Shown: positions 55,621 to 64,000 of the stretch, piece after piece | How the letters are laid out: every line of letters begins with the position of its first letter | Position numbering within the stretch: the stretch's first letter is position 1 | Assembly (NCBI RefSeq): GCF_009914755.1 | Contig: NC_060942.1 | DNA from: the human T2T-CHM13v2.0 reference genome, Homo sapiens | Length of the DNA stretch: 64,000 nucleotides | Strand: one strand, 5' to 3' | The notes under the pieces: model-generated | The model's input: only the letters and a program-made list of their open reading frames with translations | Told to the model about the DNA's origin: nothing | Database searches by the model: none | Made by a program: the position numbers and the translations under genes

Positions 55621-57369
55621 AGTATATGGAAGCTTAAAGTAAAAACACCACTCACGTGCTGATACTTGTAACCCCTGTCTATCTTAAACAGTCTCCTATG
55701 GCCTCATATATTCAACTGCTGAGAAGCTTCCAGTTAGTTAACTTGGTTTGACTAATGAAGGTTTAATTATTCCTAGGTGCATGACTATGTAAGGACATTA
55801 GGAAAATAAATACATTTTTAAAAAATGCTACTATCCAGCTTCTAATTAAAAAAGTGAGAATTTGTTTAATGTACAAAAGCATCAAATAGTCAAGTAAGCA
55901 TGAAGATGCATCAACTTTTATTTATGACTTTCACAGATTATATGCATCTGGAAGATTTGTTTCCTATCATTTCACATGACTGACAAAAATAGAAAGATAA
56001 AATAAATTTTAGTTGTTTTCTAATACACACGAATTGTTGCTTCCATTGGTGTGGTGCTTGATAGGTTTTAAATTGCTTTTTACATAGTTAATTTTAGCTT
56101 CAAAACAGTTTCATTTTTGTTTTTAAAAATAAATATGGCTGGCATTATTTTACAAATAAGAAAAAAAGGCTCAGATTGGATCAATAACTTGCAGAGAAGG
56201 ACAACTAATTTGGACTCTGCTTTTCTGATATTTAATTCAGTCCCTTTTCATCATATAAATTCTAAATGTACAGAACATACTAAAACATTATAAAATAAGA
56301 CGTTTTATCCCCCCACCCTCTGCCCCAGGTAAGTCATAAGCACACCAACTCTAAATGACTGCGTCCAGGAAATATTCAAAGTTAAAGAAAATTATCTATC
56401 TTTGTACTAATGAGAATGCACATTATGGGACTATCTTTAATCAGAGAAAGTCAAATTATAGAATATGGAAAATTGACATATTCAATTTGATTATTTACCA
56501 TGAATCTGACTAACCAAATATTTCTAAATATTTTTCTCCATGTCCTCACTTCGTGCTGAATAAATGCATACTAATATGGACAACTTCAGTGTGAAATGTC
56601 AGAATGTTGTCCTCCTTAGTCACCAGGAACCATATCAACATAGTAGTTAAAATTACATTAGTTAAATTAAAAGCTTCAAGCAGAATCTGCCATGGCTAAT
56701 AACAAAGCTCTTCTTTGAAGAGGCCAAAAATTAAAAGGTAATTGTAAACAGCTCTGACACTGGGGTCAAAAATTATGGATTAGGATCCTAGTTTTACCAA
56801 CTTCTAAATATATGGCACTAGGTAAATGTGTCTAAATTACACTAAATCATTGAAAGTACTGAGCGGTATGTTACAATTTTAAATGTATCCCTAAGTAGAA
56901 TATTTCACACTCTACATTTTAAAAATGATAATTACACAAATTGGGAGAGGCAAATGCACACTTTGTTAGCTCATTTTAGGTACGCTTAAAATAGCTTTTA
57001 CATCTCAATTTGCTTTCATCAGCAATCAGTCAATATGTAGGTCATGTCTACATGAATACTTTTCTTCTCACTCTAATTATTTACATAATTGGCTTATTAG
57101 GAGTCAATAAATAATAAAAGATATCTTTAAAAATAAGCTATTAAAATAATACAAAATATAAATATAAGTAATTTGATTTCATAACACAATTGGTTCATGT
57201 TTGCTTAGTTATTTAGGTTGACCAGCACTTATTTTAATTAGCTTCTGAATTTAGTCAGCATCAAAGATGGTTAACTAAATATTTCATTGGTTATAGTACT
57301 ATCTGAAAACGATATTAAAAGAATAATGATAACATTGTTTTTATTACATTACTTAGCAGTAGTAGTTAG

Positions 57370-57610
57370 TATTTAGAATTAGGAAATGGTTACAGTATGC
57401 CAGGTTCTAGGCTAAGCACTTCACATTTATTATCTCAATTAACCCTCACAGGAGACTTATGTGGTAGGGAGAGTTATTATTTCCATTTTTCATTTGGAGA
57501 AATAGAGTTCAGTAAATCATATGTAGAAATGTAGTTATCTTCCCAGCATCACACAGATGACAGTCACATGCTACTTAAAGCCAGATGCATCAAACATCCA
57601 TCTGTGAGCT
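57370..57610. mobile_element. MIR
   Basis: tatgccaggttctaggctaagcacttcacatttattatctcaattaaccctcac. Confidence 0.75.
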
Positions 57611-59949
57611 GGTAGGGCTGGCCATTAGTTTTAGAAGGTTTTGATTATTTACAGTGAATCAGTAATTTTGGTGAATATAGGAAGAAAATTGTCTTTGCAA
57701 CCTGATACACACACGTTTACTGCAAGAGTAAGAAAGTAGACTGCAGTGTTACTAAGTTTATTCTGATGTGAAATTTCTTCCTTTTTTTGTACCACATAAA
57801 GAGTTAGTAAGGGGGTGCCCTAGTAAGTTGGGCTCAAGGTCAAACAGCTTGTAAAATTTGTAAAATTAATCACACAGTTCAGTTCACTGTCTTATCCCTC
57901 TGACTCCCTTTCCCTCACACTGCCCCTAACGCGAAGAGTGATCAGAGTAGCCACAGATGTTTCTGGCATCAGAGAAAGAGGCAGAAGGCATTGCAGAGGG
58001 CAATTGACTGTGACACTATTAGAACTGAAGTTTTGGGCTGCTTACTTGCAGAGGTGTCTTCCAAGGCCCTATACAAAATTATGTATTCAAAGTTATATCT
58101 GTTTCTGCTTTTTTTTTTAAGATACAAGTATTTCAGGAAACTACATCAAATGGGCTAGTAAGAATTTAACTATACATAGAAGTGATTGCATATAAAAATA
58201 CATACCATTAAAACAAGTTAAATTAAATGTATCCCCAAATCAAAACAGAGAGAATTCATAAAACAGCAAGAGAAAAATATCTAGGCACATAGAAGGGAAC
58301 CCCCATCAGATTGACAGTGGATTTCTAAGCAGAAACCTGACAGTCCAGGAGAGAATGAAAAGACATATTTAAAGTGCTGAAAGAAAAAACCAAAACCAAA
58401 AACAAATAAACAAACAAAAAACCTGCCAGCCAATAATAAAATACTAAGTAATGTTATTCCTCATAAATGAAGGACAAATGCAGTCTTTTCTAGACTAGCA
58501 AAAACTGAAGAAATTTGTCACCACTAGACTAGCCCCGCAAGAAATGCTAAGGGAGTTTACACCTGAAAGTGAAAGGACAATATTTACCATCATGAAAATA
58601 CAAAAGTATAAATCACTGGTAGAGTAAATACATAAATAAGGAAAATAAAGAGCTCAATATTACTACTACAGAAAGCCATCAAGCTACAATAATAAATGAG
58701 AAAGAATGAAAGAAAAAAATCAAACAACAAATAATATACAAAACAACCAGAAAACAATGAACAAAAAGACAGAAATAAGTGCTCACATATCAAGATTAAT
58801 CTTGAATAGAAACAGATTAAATTTTCCACTTAAAAGATATAGACTGGCTGAATAGATTTTTTTAAATGATGCAAATATATGTTACCTAACAGAAACTTAC
58901 TTCACTAGTAAATACACATACAGACCGAAAATAAAGGGATAGAAAAAAATACCCCAAGCATATCAAAACCAGAATAAGCAACAACAAAAGTGCAGGCCAA
59001 TATCCCTAAAAAACATAGATACAAAAATTCTCAAAAAAATACTAGCAAATTAAATCAAACAGAGCACCAAAAAGATAATACAATATGATTAAGTGGCATT
59101 TATTCCAGAGATTCAAGGATGATTCAACATATGCAAATCAATAAACATGATACATCACATTGACAGCATAAAGGAGAAAAATTATATGATTATCTCAATA
59201 GATGCAGAAAAAGCATTGATAAAATTCAATATCCCTTCATGACAAAAAAAAACCCCAAAAACTAGACATAGAAGTAACATACCTAACATAATAAAGGCAA
59301 TATATGAGAAACTAACAGCTAACATCATACTGAATGGGGAAAAGCTGAAAACATTTCCTTCAAGAACCAGAATAATACAAGGATGCCCACTTTCACCACT
59401 CCTGTTCAACATAGTACTGGAGATCCTATCCAGAACAATCAGGCAAGAGAACAATATGAAAGACAACAAATTGAAAATCAGTAAGTCGAATTACCCCTCT
59501 TTGCAGATGACATGATCTTATATTTAGAAAACCCTAAAGACTCCGCTAGAATACACTTAGATCTGATAAATGTATTCAGTAAAGTTGTAGAATATAAAAT
59601 CAACATACAAAAATCAATAGTGTTTCTATACACCAATAATGAACTAGTGGAAAAAGAAATCAAGGATTCAATCCCATCTACAATAGTTACCAAAAAAAAA
59701 AACTCCTAGGATTTAATTTAACCAAGGTGGTGAAAGACCTCTACAGGAAAGCTGCAAAACACTGATGAAAGAAATCAAAGAGGACATAAAAAACAAATGG
59801 GAAGACATTCCATGTTAATGCATTCAAATAATTAATACTGTTAAAATGGACATATTACCCAAAGCTATCTACAGATTCAATGCAACCCATATCAAAAGAG
59901 GAATGCATTTTTCACAGAAATAGAAAAAGCAATCTTAAAATGCATATGA

Positions 59950-60282
<333 letters not shown>

Positions 60283-61199
60283 CTAAATAGACAAAGAAAT
60301 TTTGAGAATAAGGAGCAAAACTGGAGGCATCACATTACCTGACTTCAACATATGTTGTAAGGCTATAGTCACAAAAACAACATGCATGGTATTTTTACAA
60401 AAATAGACACACATAATCCAAGGAAGCAAAATGGAGCACCCAGAAAGAAATCCACAAATTTATAGCCAATTGATTTTCAACAAAGTTGCCAAGAACATGC
60501 ATTGGGAAAAAGGTACTGTCTTCAATAAATGGTGCTGGAAAAACTAGATATCCATATGCAAAAGAATGTAATGAGACTTCAGTCTCTCACTACATGCACA
60601 AAAAATTTCAAAATGGATTCACGACCTGTTTGTAAGATCTGAAACTATAAAACTACTACAGGAAAACATAAGAGAAACACTCCAGGACATTGGACTAGGC
60701 AAAGATTTCATGTCAAATACCGCAAAAGCACAGACAACAAAAGCAAAAATAGACAAACGGGGCTGTATTAAAATAAAAGCTTTCTACACAGCAAAGGAAA
60801 CAGTCAACAAAATGAAGAGACAACCTGTTGAATGGGAGAAAATATTTGCAAACAATTCATCTGACAAGGCCTAATATCCAGAATATATAATGAACTCAAA
60901 AAACTCAATAGCAAAAAAGTAAATTAATTAATTTTATAAAATAATAATTTCATTAACAAATGAGCACAGAACTCGAAAGGATATTTCTCAATAGATGACA
61001 CGCAAATGTCCAAGAAGTATACGAAGAAATGCTCAATATAATTAATCATCAGGGAAGTGCAAATTAAAACCAAATGAGATATTATCTTACCCTGGTTAGA
61101 ATAAGTATTATCAAGTAGTGAAAAAATAACAGATCCCGGCAAGGATGTAGAGAAAATAGAACTCTTACACACTGATGGTGAAAATGTAAATTAGTATAG

Positions 61200-61617
61200 T
61201 GATATGGTTTGGATTTATGTCTCCACCCAATTCTCAGGTTGAGTTGTTATCCCCAGTGTTGGAGGTGGGGCTTGGAGAGAGGTGATTTGATCATGGGGGT
61301 GGTTTCTCATGAATGGTTTAGCACCATTCCCTGGGTACTGTTCCTGGAATAGTGAGTGAGTCAGTTATTGTGAGATCTGGTTGTTTAAATGTGTGTAGCA
61401 CCTCCTTCATCTCTTCCTCCTGCTCCAGCCATGTAAAACGTGCCTTCTTCCCCTTTGCCTTCCACCATGATTGTAAGTTTCCTGAGGCCTCCCCAAAAGC
61501 AGAAGCCACCATGCTTTCTATGCAGCATGCAGAAATGTGAGCCAGTTAAACCTCTTTTCTTTATAAATTACCCAGTCTCAGGTATTTTTTATAGCAATGC
61601 AAGAACAGATTAATACA
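61200..61617 (+). mobile_element. MSTA-like MaLR LTR nested in the L1
   Basis: tgatatggtttggatt...ttacccagtctcaggtatttttatagcaatgcaagaacagattaataca; L1 sequence resumes contiguously. Confidence 0.9.
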
Positions 61618-63389
61618 TACAACCATTATGGAAAACAGTATAGGGGTTTCCAAAAAAACTAAAAGTAGAACGATCATATAATCCAGCAATTTCGCCATTG
61701 GGAATTTATCCAAAGGCAAGGAAATTACTATATCGGAGGGATACCTGCATTCCCATGTTTATTGCAGCACTATTCACAATAGCAAAGATAAGAAATCAGC
61801 CTAAATGTCCATCAATGGATGAATGAATAAAGAAAACGTGATACATAAACACAATGGAATACTACTTGGCCATAAAAAAATGAAATCCTGGCATGTGCCA
61901 CAACATGGACAGAGCTGGAGGTCATTAAATTAAGTGAAATAAGCCAGGCACAGAATGACAAATATCATATGTTCTCGCTTATAAGTGGAAGCTTTATTTT
62001 ATGGAGGTAGAGAGTAGAATGATATTTACCAGATGCTAGGAAGGGTGTGAGTGGTTGGGGATCAGGGATAAAGAAAAGTTGGCTAATATGTAGAAACATA
62101 CAGTTAGACTGAAGGAATAAGTTCTAATGTGTGGCAGCAGAGTAGGGTAACTACAGTTAATAATGAATTGTGTAATTGAAAATAGCTAGAATGTAGGACT
62201 TGAATATTTCTAACACATAGAAATGGTCAATACGCAGGATGATGGATACCCTAAATACTGTCATTTGACCATAACATATTCTCTACATGTAACAAGACAT
62301 CACATGTACCCCATTAAATATGCATAAATATTATGCATCAATAAAATATTTCTAAAGTTTCCATATTAACCTCCTGACATTTATTTATTGGTAAGCTTGT
62401 ATTTTCTGTCTCTTCCACTAAAATGTAATCTCTATGAGGGCAGGAAAGTTGTTTTTTTCATTGCTATAGCCCAGCTCAGAAATAATGTCCTGAACATATT
62501 AGATATTTATTAATCATTACAAAATGAATTAACATGAGTCAGAATATTGATAGGTAAAGCAACCAGAAGGAGTGAGAATTCTCCTAGCCTGTAGAACTCA
62601 ACAGCGATAAGATTATACTAGCATATTTAAACAATAAGTGGTTTATTCAGAAGAGCTTATCATGAATGCTGAGAAAAGAGTGTTTTTTCGATTTTTCTGG
62701 GACTGAGTGAAATCATAGTCTATTTTGGAGTACAGAACAAAGTGTTGCAGTCTTTATTGCAAGACCAATGCAGTCGTGAAAGATGTGTTATGCATTCTTA
62801 GTATGACGTCATTAAAACTTTCAGTTCTCTTAACTTCCTTGGACTGATTCAATACCAAACAGGCAAGTCATATTTTCCCATGTAAGACAGCTGTCATGGA
62901 GATCATATGCTACTCATATCCAGTTTTTCAATAGAAACTTCACATAGTAGATTGGATCAGAATTTCCAATTATGATTTCTCCTCTTTTATGTAGTTTTGC
63001 CACAGGAAAAATTATGATGATCATAAGTGCTTTGAGTAATTCCAGTTGCAGTGACAGTAATATCTCATTGTAAGTTAATAAATTGACATTATGGTTGCCT
63101 TTCCATTCTCTATGAATAGATTCTCTGAGACTTCAAAGAAGAGCACAAAGTCTAGATGTCCTTATCCTGACAGCTTTCCATTTCACCATTTTCATCTTAT
63201 AGTTCGATTAATTCCTGCTAAGGATATCAAAATATTCATTTTGTCTTCAGCAGAGTATAAAGCAATTATATCTACATTATTTCACATAAAAATCATGGAA
63301 AATGATGTCATCACTGCATTTTTATAGATGAGGAAAGACCAGCAACCTATGTTAAATTTTTCAAGGTTGAAGGGACAATAAGTACTTTA

Positions 63390-64000
63390 GTTATTCACTC
63401 AACAATTTATTGATTCTCTGCTATAAACCACACACTGATCATTTTTGGGAGACTCCAATGACTAAAACAGCATTTATTTTCTAGCTAAGGAAGACACATA
63501 TAGCTATATACTAAATAAGAAGGTAAAATGTGCTTTGAGAAAAAGAATAGAAGAGAGTGAGTGTATTCTGGAGGTTCGATGGTGGTCAGTGTAAGCATGT
63601 TTGAAAAAAAGGCATTTGAATCCTGAAGAAGAGACTTGAAAAAGGTAAGGATGTTAGCTCTTAGAGTATTTTAAGAAAAGTATTCCAGGAAAGGAAATAT
63701 CAAGTGCACAGATGTCAGTGTAAGAAATTATCTGGCATGTTTCAGAAACAAAGAGGATAGTAAGGACATCAAATAAATGAGGAAGAATGCTAAAAAATAA
63801 AAGTCAGATGGTCAAGGTATGTCATTCATATGCTTTTATAGGCCGTTGTCAGTTACCTTTTACTCTGGGTGAAATGAGGAGCTACTGAAGGGTTTTGAAC
63901 AGAGTGACATAATCAAGCTTATGTTTTAAAAAGATCTTTCTGGTATAAAAATAGACACATAGATCAATGACACAGAATAGAAGGCCAGAAATAAAGCCAC
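63390..64000. mobile_element. L2 fragment followed by the start of an L1 ORF2 fragment at the window edge
   Basis: tttactctgggtgaaatgaggagctactgaagggttttgaacag (L2); ctggtataaaaatagacacatagatcaatg from ~63940 (L1). Confidence 0.7.

Overview
AT-rich primate (most likely human) intronic DNA, not a prokaryotic locus. The only host coding sequence is a 74-nt minus-strand exon (13831-13904) encoding [25 protein letters not shown], the G2-to-G3 segment of the neuronal Ras-family GTPase RIT2 (Rin). The rest of the window is RIT2 intron filled with interspersed repeats: a 5.3-kb two-LTR HERV-H/LTR7 provirus antisense to RIT2 (31250-36562, TSD GAAAT), a MER4 solo LTR with two nested Alus, further Alus, L1/L2/MIR fragments, MaLR/MLT2 LTRs, a Ricksha MULE transposon carrying captured ERVL sequence, and microsatellites. 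I found no novel multi-gene system. The most unusual structures are a ~315-bp unique-sequence duplication ending in a perfect fold-back hairpin (5109-6920), two pre-miRNA-sized palindromes (20186-20301 and 42323-42395), and the HERV-H's deleted primer-binding site and asymmetric LTR repeat number. Repeat subfamily names come from recalled consensus sequences, and boundaries without a stated TSD are approximate.
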